Source: Spirochaetia bacterium
GTDB taxonomy: Bacteria; Spirochaetota; Spirochaetia; DSM-2461
NCBI GenBank assembly: GCA_963666985.2
Contig: CAXXIA010000002.1
Coordinates: 2,720,001 to 2,784,000 of the forward strand
Direction of reading: 5' to 3'
Length of the DNA stretch: 64,000 nucleotides
Shown here: one piece after another, positions 9,100 to 18,455 of the stretch
How the letters are laid out: each line of letters opens with the position of its first letter
Position numbering within the stretch: position 1 is the first letter of the stretch
Program-made: the position numbers and the translations under genes
The notes under the pieces: generated by a model
Databases searched by the model: none
Told to the model about the DNA's origin: nothing
The model's input: only the letters and a program-made list of their open reading frames with translations

Positions 9100-10879
9100 T
9101 TAGATTTTTACCTTATTCCGTTTGTGATAATGCGTGTGCAGAAGCTCATGGCTCTTGTGGCCCAGGGGTTCCTTCAGGAATTCGGAATAGATCTGCTGTA
9201 CCGCCGGATTTTCGTGGGATTTCCGGAGTTTCTTTCCTTCATCCTCGGCGAAAATGGCCTTCATACGGGCCTTGCGAACCTCGTCGTTGGTAAAGCGGGG
9301 CTGTCCTCCTCCTCCGATGCATCCTCCGGGACAGGCCATGACTTCCACGAAGTGGAGCGTTTCCTCGCCTTTGTCGATTTTTTCCAGAAGTTTGGAAGCG
9401 CATCCCAGGGAATGGGCCACCGCGAAGCGGGCGGTTACGCCTTCCAGGAAGTTCCATTCTTTTTTACAGCCGGTGATGGTGACTTCCGCGATTTTCACTC
9501 CTTCCAGAGTTGTCAGCGGCTTCACGTGAAGGTTCTCCATGGGAAGAGGGGAGCCGGTAACGATTTCCCAGACCGTCCGCAGGGGCCGCTTCCATAACGC
9601 CGCCGGTGTTGGCGAAGATGTCGGCCGCGCCGGTGGACATCCCCATGGGCGCATCCATTTCGCTTTCCTGAAGCTCGGGAAGATTCAGTCCGGCGCGCTT
9701 GATGAGGCGGGCCAGCTCCCGGGTTGTCAGGACGTAATCCACGTCCTGATAGCCGCTGGAGTTCATTTCCTCCCGGGCGCATTCGAATTTCTTGGCCGTG
9801 CAGGGCATCACCGATACGACAACCATGTCTTTCGGGTCCACATTCGCTTTCGAGGCATAGTACGTTTTCGCCAGGGCCCCGAACATCTGCTGCGGGCTCT
9901 TGCAGGTGGAAAGGTTCTCCAGATACTGAGGCCAGTAATACTCGGCGTACTGAATCCATCCCGGCGAGCAGCTGGTGAACATGGGAAGAGCGGCTTTCCC
10001 GCCGTCTTTGAGAACGGTCATGAGCCGCATCAGCAGTTCCGTGCCTTCTTCCATGATGGTGAGGTCGGCGGTGAAGTTCGTGTCGAAAACGGCGTCGAAT
10101 CCGAGTCTGCGGAGAGCCGTGGTCATTTTTCCGGTAACAAGAGTTCCCGGCGGCAGATCGAACTCTTCGCCCAGGGCGGCCCGGATGGCGGGCGCCGTTT
10201 GAACCACGACGTGTTTGGAAGGATCGTCCAGGGCCGCTTCGACAAATTCGATGTGCGAGACTTCGGTGATGGCTCCGGTGGGACAGACCGCGGCGCATTG
10301 GCCGCATTGCACGCAGGAGACGCCTTCCAGGTTCGTCATGAAGGCAGGTCCGATGATGGTATCGTATCCCCGCCCCTGCGGCGCCAGCACTCCGACCGCC
10401 TGGATGGCGGTGCAGGCCGTGATGCAGCGGCGGCATTTGATGCATTTGGACGAATCCCGAACAAGAGCCAGGGTGCTTTCGTCTTTAGCTCCGTGGGAAG
10501 GTTCGCCGTCGTAGCGAATTCCCAGAACACCGAGGTTGCGGGCCAAATCCTGCAGTTCACAGTCTCCGCTGCGTTCACAGGTTTGGCAGTCGCCGTCGTG
10601 TTCCGAAAGGAGAAGCTCCACCACGGTTCGGCGTGCGTTGCGGACTCTTTTCGAGTTGGTGAGGATTTCCATGCCTTCTTTTACCGGCATGGAACAGGAC
10701 GCGGCCAGGGTGGGCGCTCCTGCGACTTCCACGGTACAGACGCGGCAGGCTCCCAGGGGATCTTTGCCTTCGAGATGGCACATGGTCGGAATGTGAATCC
10801 CGGCGGCTTTCGCGGCGGTCAGAATGGTATCGTCTTGTTTCGCCTCGACGGCGATTCCGTCAATGGTGATGTTAGGCAT
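9100..10879 (-). CDS. hydA: [FeFe]-hydrogenase catalytic subunit (HydA/HndD-type); +1 frameshift in the G4 run at 9582-9585
   Basis: H-cluster motifs [34 protein letters not shown]-terminal 2Fe-2S, HxxxCxxCxxxxxC and 2x[4Fe-4S]; removing one base restores GGVMEAALRT. Confidence 0.93.
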
Positions 10880-13800
10880 GGGATTCCTCCTTCATCCGGA
10901 CTTTCTTTCCGTAATCGCAGCGGAGGCAGCGGTGGGCCTGCCGCCTGGCCACCGATTCGGACCAGGGCTGTTCCACTTCGTCGAAGTTGTGTTTACGCCG
11001 GTCGTGCGGAAGCACCCGCATTTTTTCCCTGGGGTAGGGGGCCGGATCGGCGTCCGGATCGTAGTCCGTATCGTTTTCCTGCTCCCAGCGCCAAAACGCC
11101 CTGTTCTCCCCGCCGTTGAGTTTCATGTCGATGGCAACGGCCGCCCGCTCGCCCGCGGCAATGGCTTCCACCACCGAAGAGGGACCGCTTACGGCATCCC
11201 CTCCGGCCCAAACGCCTTCGATGCTCGTTTCACCGGAGGCAGGATCGGCTTTGATGAATTTGCGGGAATTCAGTTCCGGCGGATTATGATCGAAGATGCC
11301 TTGGGCATCCAATTTTTGTCCGATGGCCAGAATAATCTGATCCGCGGGAAGCTCCAGCGGCTTATCCCTGTCGTCCGCCGTGGGAGCGCGGCGTCCGGAA
11401 CGGTCGAATTCTCCCAGATGCATGGGCAGGCAGGAGAGCGACTGCAGGTTTCCGTCCTTGTCGGCTTTAATCTCTATCGGCTGCAGGAGGGCGCGGAGTA
11501 TAACGCCTTCGTGGAGAGCTTCGTCCACTTCTTCCGCGTAGGCCGGCATTTCTTCCCGGCTGCGCCGGTAGACCACGGTAACCGATTCGGCTCCGAGCCG
11601 CAGTGCGGTTCGGGCGGCATCGATCGCGGCGTTGCCGCCGCCTATAATTACCACGTTTTTCCCCACTTCCACCGATCCGCGCAGGTTATAGGTGCTCAAG
11701 AAAGGAACCGCCTGGACAACGCCGGGGACCTCTTCTCCCGGCAAACCCATTGAAACTCCGCCCGGCGCGCCGATTCCGATGAACACGGCATCGCTGGATT
11801 CACGCAGCTCGTCCATGGTGAAATCGCGTCCGAGAGACTGATCGCAGAGAATCTCCACGCCCATGTTCTCAATCATGCGAATTTCACGGGCCAGGGTTTC
11901 ACGAGGGAGCCTGTAGGCCGGGATGGTCTGAACCAGCATGCCGCCCGGACGCTGCGCGGCCTCATAAACTTTGGGTTTGTATCCCAGCCGGGCCAGGAAA
12001 TAGGCGCAGGAGAGTCCCGCGGGGCCGGCGCCGACGATGGCCACCTTGCGTTTCGCCGATTCCTTGTCTTCCCGTGTTTCGGGCAGCTGAACCGTGACTT
12101 CCTGGTCCACCATGAACCGCTTGATGCTTCTGATGGCGACCGATTCGTCGAGGGAAGCTCTGCGGCATTTGTCCTCGCAGGTATGGAAGCAGACCCGGGC
12201 GCAGACGGATGCGAAAGGATTGCGTTCCCTGTGGAGTTTCAAGGCTTCGGCATAACGACCCTCTCCGACGAGGGAGACGAATCCCGGCACATCCACCGAG
12301 GCGGGACAAGCGCTCTGACAAGGCGCCCTGACAAGTCCCGCGCAGACGCCCGCCGCGCAGTGTTTGTCGCGGATATGCTCCTCGAATTCATCGCGGAAAT
12401 GCCGGATGGCGGAAAGAACCGGATTCGGAGCCGTTTGTCCCAGTCCGCAGAGGGCCGTATCCTTAATGCTGTTGCCGAGTTCGATAAGGGCTTCGATATC
12501 GCCTTCTTTGCCTTGCCGGACCCGATGCGTTCCAGGATTTCCAGCATTCTTTTGGTACCGACGCGGCAGGGAACGCATTTCCCGCAGCTTTCTTCCTGAA
12601 CGAATTCCAGGAAGAATCGGGCCACGTCCACCATGCAGGAATCGTCATCCATAATGATGAGACCGCCGGATCCCATGATGGCGCCCCATTCTTTAAGGGA
12701 TTCATAGTCCATGGGAACCGACAGGCCGGATTTCGGAACGCATCCGCCCGACGGGCCGCCGACTTGAGCCGCTTTGAAATTCTTCCCGTGTTTCAGTCCG
12801 CCGCCGATGTCGTAGATAAGCTCTCCGAGTTTCGTGCCCACGGGTACTTCCACGAGTCCGGAGTCTTCAATGGCCCCGGCCAGGGCGAAGACTTTGGTTC
12901 CCTTCGAGTCCTGAGTTCCCCGGCGGGAGAAAACTTCGCCGCCTTCTTCAATCGCGGGGGCCACATTGGCATATGTTTCCACGTTGTTCAGCAGTGTGGG
13001 CTTGCCCCAAAGTCCGCTCACGGCCGGGAACGGCGGTCTTGGTCTGGGTTCGCCGCGCTTTCCTTCCACCGAAGCAATCAGCGCCGTCTCTTCGCCGCAG
13101 ACGAAAGCCCCCGAACCCATGCGGATGTCCAGGTCGAAATTGAATCCCGTTCCCAGGATGTCCTTACCCAAGAGTCCGTATTCGCGAGCGGCTTCCAGGG
13201 CTTTACTCAGCCGGGCCACGGCCAGCGGATATTCGGCGCGAACATAGACGAAACCGTTGGAAGCGCCGACGGTGAATGCCGCGATGGCCATGCCCTCGAT
13301 AAGGGAATGAGGATCGCCTTCCAGAACGCTGCGGTCCATAAACGCGCCCGGATCGCCTTCGTCGGCGTTGCATAAAACGTACTTATCGCCGCCGGGGGCG
13401 TCTTTGGTGAATTTCCACTTCATCCACGTGGGAAAACCGGCGCCGCCGCGTCCGCGGATACCCGAACGCTTCATTTCTTCGATAACGCCCGTCGGGTCCC
13501 ATTTCCAGGGCTTTTACGAAAGAGGAATATCCGCCTCGGGCGATGGAATCCAAAATATCCAAAGGATCCACGATGCCGCAGCGGCGAAGAACGACTTTTT
13601 CCTGAAGACGAAAGAAATCCGATTTGTCTTCGGTGGGCGCCGGTTTTGCCGTCGCGGCGGTTTTTATGCAGAAGATCCGTAACGGGTTTCCCTTCAACCA
13701 GATGTTCTTTCACGATCCGTTCGGCATCGCTTGGAGTGAGTCCTTCGTAGATGATTCCTTCGGGATCCACGATCATAACCGGTCCGCGGGAACAGGGGGC

Positions 13801-14008
13801 CCAGGCAGCCGGTTTCCTTTATGGCCACTTGTCCCGAAATTCCCGCATCGGCAAGAGCCCTTTTCAGGGCGGTTTTCAGCTCCGGTTCACCGGAAGCCAG
13901 ACAGCCGCCGCCGGCGCAGAGCCGGATTTTTCGGCCGTTGATGATGTAGTCGCTCTCCAGGCTTTTTCTTAATTTGGCCAAATCGTCGGTACTTTTAATT
14001 CGGTTCAT
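10872..14008 (-). CDS. hydB: HydB/NuoF-like FMN/NADH subunit fused to a C-terminal GltD/NfnB-like FAD/NADP(H) module (~1044 aa after correcting 4 single-base indels)
   Basis: Thioredoxin-like 2Fe-2S N-terminus, [49 protein letters not shown], then in one frame [39 protein letters not shown]; indels near 13797, 13640, 13489 and 12511. Confidence 0.88.
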
Positions 14009-14532
14009 GCCGTGCCTCCTGTTTCTTTAGCGTCATCGGAAGCGTAGGCTGAAAGCAGTTCCTTGATTTTCGAGGGTTTGACCCTCTGGTGGGTATCCTC
14101 ATCGATCATCACGACCGGAGCGAGACCGCAGGCGCCGAAACAGCGTCCGACTTCCAGAGAAAATTGGCGGTCTTCGGTTGTTTCGCCCACATCGATTCCC
14201 AGCGCGTTTTTCATGGCTGAAAGGACTTCCTGGCCGCCGCGGACGTAGCAGGCGGTACCGAGGCACACGCGGACGAGATGCTTCCCCCGAGGAACGGTGG
14301 AAAACCAGGAGTAAAAAGAGACGACTCCGGTTACCTGGCTTAAGGGAATGTTCAGCTTTTCGGAAATATGGACCATGATTTCCTTCGGGAGATAGCCCAG
14401 CAGGTTTTGGGCCGATTGAAGGACGGGAATGAGGGCCCCCTCTTTTCCGGACCAATCGTCGATGATGCCGTCGAGTATTTCGATGGCCTGTTCAACGGAC
14501 AATTCTTCATGAGTTTCCGTTTGCACACTCAT
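14005..14532 (-). CDS. hydC: HydC/NuoE-like 2Fe-2S subunit
   Basis: LIPVLQ..Q...GYLP, VVSFYSWF, VCLGTAC, RCFGACGLAP; GGAGG RBS before ATG 14532. Confidence 0.93.
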   Translation of the reverse strand: MSVQTETHEELSVEQAIEILDGIIDDWSGKEGALIPVLQSAQNLLGYLPKEIMVHISEKLNIPLSQVTGVVSFYSWFSTVPRGKHLVRVCLGTACYVRGGQEVLSAMKNALGIDVGETTEDRQFSLEVGRCFGACGLAPVVMIDEDTHQRVKPSKIKELLSAYASDDAKETGGTA

Positions 14533-14669
14533 TTTTTCCCCCCCTCCGGACGCACCTTTCCCGTTTCTTTCGTTCCGCCGTTTTTCTAAAAAAGAGGAAG
14601 AAAGAGCAGGTCGAGGGCCGTCTCTGATCTTGATATCATCACCATAAAGCGTGCGGGTCCAATCGTCCA

Positions 14670-14686
14670 TTGTTAATCGATTACAA
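14670..14686. promoter_or_regulatory. Rex-like operator upstream of the hyd operon
   Basis: TTGTTAATCGATTACAA is one A short of the perfect palindrome TTGTTAA-N4-TTAACAA. Confidence 0.5.
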
Positions 14687-14765
14687 ATTATCAATTTAAG
14701 GAGTTTTTTTAGATTAACAGTGGTAAAGTGGCTAAGCCAAATAGAGATTCATAATGAAAAACATC

Positions 14766-14794
14766 TTGAAAACGCCATCTTAATTGACTATAGT
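14766..14794 (+). promoter_or_regulatory. Sigma70-type promoter for gntR-deoC
   Basis: TTGAAA-17 nt-TATAGT. Confidence 0.6.
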
Positions 14795-14800
14795 AAAAAA

Positions 14801-15607
14801 GTGGACAGGCCACTGGATCAACAGAAAACGATCAAATCCGAATCACCGGGGCTCTCCGAACAATTGTATCGGCGTCTTTTGGATTCTTTGAAAGATGCGT
14901 ATCGCCCCGGAGATAAATTCCCCTCGGAACGGGAAGTGGCCCGCCGGTTCGGTGTGAGCCGGCCCACCGCGTCCCGCTCCTTGGCCCGTCTTATGGATGA
15001 GGGACTCATTGAATCTCGCAGGGGAGCCGGGCGGTTCGTTAAGCGGCCTCCTCTGGATTACAGTTTAAGCTCCCTGGTGAGTTTTTCATCGCGCTGCAGA
15101 GCCGAAGGCGTTGTTCCCACAACCGAAGTTCTTGAGTATAAGCCTCCCGGAATGGGAGACTTGCCCGATGAGGTGATTCGCGAGCTGCAGCTGCTTCCCG
15201 GGGAAGGGGCGTATGCGTTTACCCGCCGCCGTTTCGCCGACGGACGTCCGGTAATCGTGGAACGCCGCTGGCTGACGGCCCGATTCTGTCCGGGCCTGAC
15301 AAAGGCCGATCTTGCAGGTTCTCTCTATGACCTGCTCGATGAACGTTACGGTCTTTCACCCGCCGGTGCCCGGCAGATTGTTCGAGTTATAATATTGGGA
15401 CGAAAGGACAGAACTCTGTTCTGGATCGATGAGGAAGGGGCCGCTTTCGAGGTAACTTCAACCGGATACCTTGAAGGCGGCGTGCCCCTCTGGTTCGAGC
15501 GTTCGCTTTACTTGGGCAACGCTTACGAATTTCACAACAGGCTCGGACCTTTGTCCACCGCCAGACCGGCGGTGAGCGTTATCCGCGCCGCGAAGGAGGC
15601 CGAATAA
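14801..15607 (+). CDS. GntR/HutC-family regulator (wHTH + UTRA)
   Basis: PSEREVARRFGVSRPT, RRGAGRFV, UTRA-like C-terminus (SLYDLL); start placed at in-frame GTG 14801. Confidence 0.9.
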   Translation: MDRPLDQQKTIKSESPGLSEQLYRRLLDSLKDAYRPGDKFPSEREVARRFGVSRPTASRSLARLMDEGLIESRRGAGRFVKRPPLDYSLSSLVSFSSRCRAEGVVPTTEVLEYKPPGMGDLPDEVIRELQLLPGEGAYAFTRRRFADGRPVIVERRWLTARFCPGLTKADLAGSLYDLLDERYGLSPAGARQIVRVIILGRKDRTLFWIDEEGAAFEVTSTGYLEGGVPLWFERSLYLGNAYEFHNRLGPLSTARPAVSVIRAAKEAE

Positions 15608-16308
15608 TGAGTTTTACGTATGAAGATGTGGCGAAGATGATCGATCATTCGCTTCTTAATCCCACGCTCACGCCGGAAGATTTGGAAAACGGATGCCGAT
15701 TGGCGGCCCTGTTCGACGTGGCGTCGGTCTGCATCGTGCCCTTCGCCGTTTCCGGAGCCGCGGCCGTTCTCTCGGGAACGAATGTGGCCGTCGGCACCAC
15801 CGTGGGATTCCCGCACGGCGTTCATGCCGCCACCACGAAAATCGTTGAGGCCGAACAGGCCATGAAAGACGGCGCCGTTGAATTGGACATGGTTATCAAT
15901 ATTTCATTGGCCCTTGCGGGACGGTATGATGAGGTGGGCAGGGAAGTCGAAGCACTGGCAACGATTGTCCATGGCGGCGGAGCCAAATTGAAAGTTATTT
16001 TTGAGAACTGCTATTTGACCGATCAGGCCATCGCCGCGCTTTCCGGCGTCTGTGGACAGGCCGGAGCGGATTGGATAAAAACTTCGACCGGCTACGGCGA
16101 CGGCGGCGCCGAAGATCAGGATATCAAACTGATGCGGGAGTATGCGCCTGAGAATGTCCAGATAAAAGCGGCCGGAGGCGTACGGACTCTTGATCGGCTT
16201 CTGGAAGTGAGGGCCCTCGGCTGTTCCCGGGCCGGAGCCACCCGGACGGCTTCCATTTTGAACGATGCCCGCAGAAGGCTGGGAATGGAACCTATCGGGA
16301 AAGTCTGA
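15607..16308 (+). CDS. deoC: Deoxyribose-phosphate aldolase
   Basis: IDHSLL, VGFPHG, ELDMVIN, KVIFE, IKTSTG, KAAGGVR. Confidence 0.93.
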   Translation: MSFTYEDVAKMIDHSLLNPTLTPEDLENGCRLAALFDVASVCIVPFAVSGAAAVLSGTNVAVGTTVGFPHGVHAATTKIVEAEQAMKDGAVELDMVINISLALAGRYDEVGREVEALATIVHGGGAKLKVIFENCYLTDQAIAALSGVCGQAGADWIKTSTGYGDGGAEDQDIKLMREYAPENVQIKAAGGVRTLDRLLEVRALGCSRAGATRTASILNDARRRLGMEPIGKV

Positions 16309-16359
16309 TTTTCCTTTATGAGCACCCCGGGCTTTGAGAGCGTTCCATGAAATGATTCC

Positions 16360-17769
16360 TCACCGATTGCCGGCCGGATATAAGTCGTCGTTTCTTTGAT
16401 CTTTCGTTCTTCGCAGATCGTTAATCCATTTCCCCGATCGAAAGCGAATGGCGGTCATTACAAACTTCAGTATCTCTTCAACGCCGGCGATCAGATACAC
16501 CGCCGGAAGGTTCCATTTCAGCACGATGCCCGACAGGATTACCGCGGGAACCCCCATAACCCAGACGCCCAAAAATTCCGTGAGGAAGGAAAATCGTGTA
16601 TCTCCGCCGCTTCGAAGAACGCCGACGATCATATGGAGGTTGAATGATTTGACGGACATAAGAACGCTCAGCGCGATAAGCGAACGGCGGACCAGGCGGA
16701 CCGTGCCGGGTTCCATCTTTAAAAGGAGAACCGCGATAGGAGCACAGGCCGCCATAAGAATCCCCATTCCGAGTCCCAAAAGGAGGGCCTGAACCAGGAA
16801 GTTCCGAGCGTACTCTCGGCTCGATTCCGCATCTCCTTCGCCGATTTTCTTGCCGATTAAAACCGCGGCCGTATTCCCAGAACCCATGAGAATGACGAAG
16901 AAAAGACCTTGTATGGCTTCGGTGACATTCGCGGCGGCTATAACGGCGGTACCCATTCTCGCAAAGACGATTTTATACACCACCATTCCCAAAGACCAGG
17001 CAATTTCGTTGCCCAGAACCGGTCCGGCGGTTTTAAGAAATTGCGCCGCCATTCGGCGGTCGAATCCGAGATATTCCTTGAGTGAGCCGGCTACGGGGCT
17101 CTTTCTTCCGTAAACAAGCAGGAGCATCAGGACGAATTCGACTCCCCGGCTGATCATGGTTGCGACGGCGGCTCCCCGTACGCCCATTTCCGGAAAGAAT
17201 AAAAGACCGAAAATCAGCAGGAAATTCAGAATCGTATTGAGTATCAGGCTGACGGCTGTTACCAGCAAAGGAATACGGGGGTTCTCGATGGATCTGAGGG
17301 CCATCGCGTAAGCGGTGGAGATTCCCGACATCATGTAGCTGGGCGCGACGATTTTCAGGTATTGAGACCCGATGAACACAACATTTTCATCGGGTGTAAA
17401 AATTCGCATCAGAACTTCGGGCGCGGCGAAAGAGACGATGGCAAACGGAATGGAGAAAATCAGAGTTCCCATCAGGGAAAGCCCGACGACGTGGTGAATC
17501 CCCGCCGTATCCCGATCTCCCCAGAATTGCGCCACGAAGATTCCCGTACCGCTGGTGATTCCGAAGAAGATAAGAAAGGCCAGGAAGAACATTTGATTCG
17601 CCAAGCCGACCGCGGCGACTTCCGCTTCGCCGAGCCGCCCGATCATCATGGTATCCACCAGAGAAAGGCCGTTGGACAAAAGCATTTGGAGAACGATGGG
17701 GACGGCAATGCCGATCATCGTTATTCTAAAACTTTTATTTGAATAGTAGCTGCGGAATGCATTGTTCAT
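16360..17769 (-). CDS. MATE-family efflux transporter
   Basis: VDTMMIGRLG..AAVG, AQFWG, MGVRGAAVAT; about 12 TM segments. Confidence 0.92.
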   Translation of the reverse strand: MNNAFRSYYSNKSFRITMIGIAVPIVLQMLLSNGLSLVDTMMIGRLGEAEVAAVGLANQMFFLAFLIFFGITSGTGIFVAQFWGDRDTAGIHHVVGLSLMGTLIFSIPFAIVSFAAPEVLMRIFTPDENVVFIGSQYLKIVAPSYMMSGISTAYAMALRSIENPRIPLLVTAVSLILNTILNFLLIFGLLFFPEMGVRGAAVATMISRGVEFVLMLLLVYGRKSPVAGSLKEYLGFDRRMAAQFLKTAGPVLGNEIAWSLGMVVYKIVFARMGTAVIAAANVTEAIQGLFFVILMGSGNTAAVLIGKKIGEGDAESSREYARNFLVQALLLGLGMGILMAACAPIAVLLLKMEPGTVRLVRRSLIALSVLMSVKSFNLHMIVGVLRSGGDTRFSFLTEFLGVWVMGVPAVILSGIVLKWNLPAVYLIAGVEEILKFVMTAIRFRSGKWINDLRRTKDQRNDDLYPAGNR

Positions 17770-17821
17770 CGGTTGGTCATCATATAGTTACAAGACGGAG
17801 AATGAACAGTTCTTCTCTTGG

Positions 17822-18409
17822 TTAATCGGCGGATTCTTTCTCAATGGAAAAATCGGAGAAAACGGCGCGGAATCCGCCTGTTTTCGGGCTGCAGGCATAG
17901 ATTCCGATGTTCAGCGGCCGCTGTCTGCAGTGCAGATGGGTAATGCGCATCTGAGACCATGTTTCTCCGTTAAGGGAATTTTCCAGAATAAAGTCGTTTT
18001 CCCGGCAGATGATTCGATACCACATTTCCGTTCTGCTTCCGTTAATATCCACGGTAGCCCAGTCCGAATAGCCCAGATTGGTGACGACGGAGCCCAGCCG
18101 AATCATTTCATCGTTTTCCCGCTCCGCCGAAACCTTAATCCAGTTCAATCCGTCAACGCGCGCCAGAAGGCCGCACTGGTCGAATTGCGACCGATAATCA
18201 AAACCCGTTCTGACGGTTATCGTGAAATCTTCTGTTGTGGAAGTCAGCAAGGCATGGCCGTTGTCCCGTGAAAAACCGTAGTGGGTTCGCTGCCAGAAAT
18301 CGGTTTTACTCGATGTAAAAATGGAAAGATGATTATTTTCAAGTTCAAATTGAGGTTTGTTAATCCAGAAAAAATCGGTTGGAAGCGATTCTTTAAAAGA
18401 AATGGTCAT
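17822..18409 (-). CDS. DUF1349-family protein
   Basis: TDFWQRTHYGF..DNGH, FDQCGL, LGSVVTNLGYSDW, GIYACSP. Confidence 0.85.
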   Translation of the reverse strand: MTISFKESLPTDFFWINKPQFELENNHLSIFTSSKTDFWQRTHYGFSRDNGHALLTSTTEDFTITVRTGFDYRSQFDQCGLLARVDGLNWIKVSAERENDEMIRLGSVVTNLGYSDWATVDINGSRTEMWYRIICRENDFILENSLNGETWSQMRITHLHCRQRPLNIGIYACSPKTGGFRAVFSDFSIEKESAD

Positions 18410-18455
18410 AAGTTAAGTATAATTCAGGTTTAAGAATACTTCCCGCGGAAGATTT

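Noticed and set aside
9539..11119. 526-aa plus-strand ORF, and similar long antisense ORFs (e.g. 28839-29921, 42694-43821, 49926-50768)
   Set aside because: Shadow frames opposite well-supported GC-rich genes, with no recognisable motifs.
9100..14008. Hydrogenase operon as a true pseudogene or as seven separate genes
   Set aside because: Single-base corrections in G/C runs restore two continuous proteins with all motifs intact; sequencing error is more parsimonious, pending reads.
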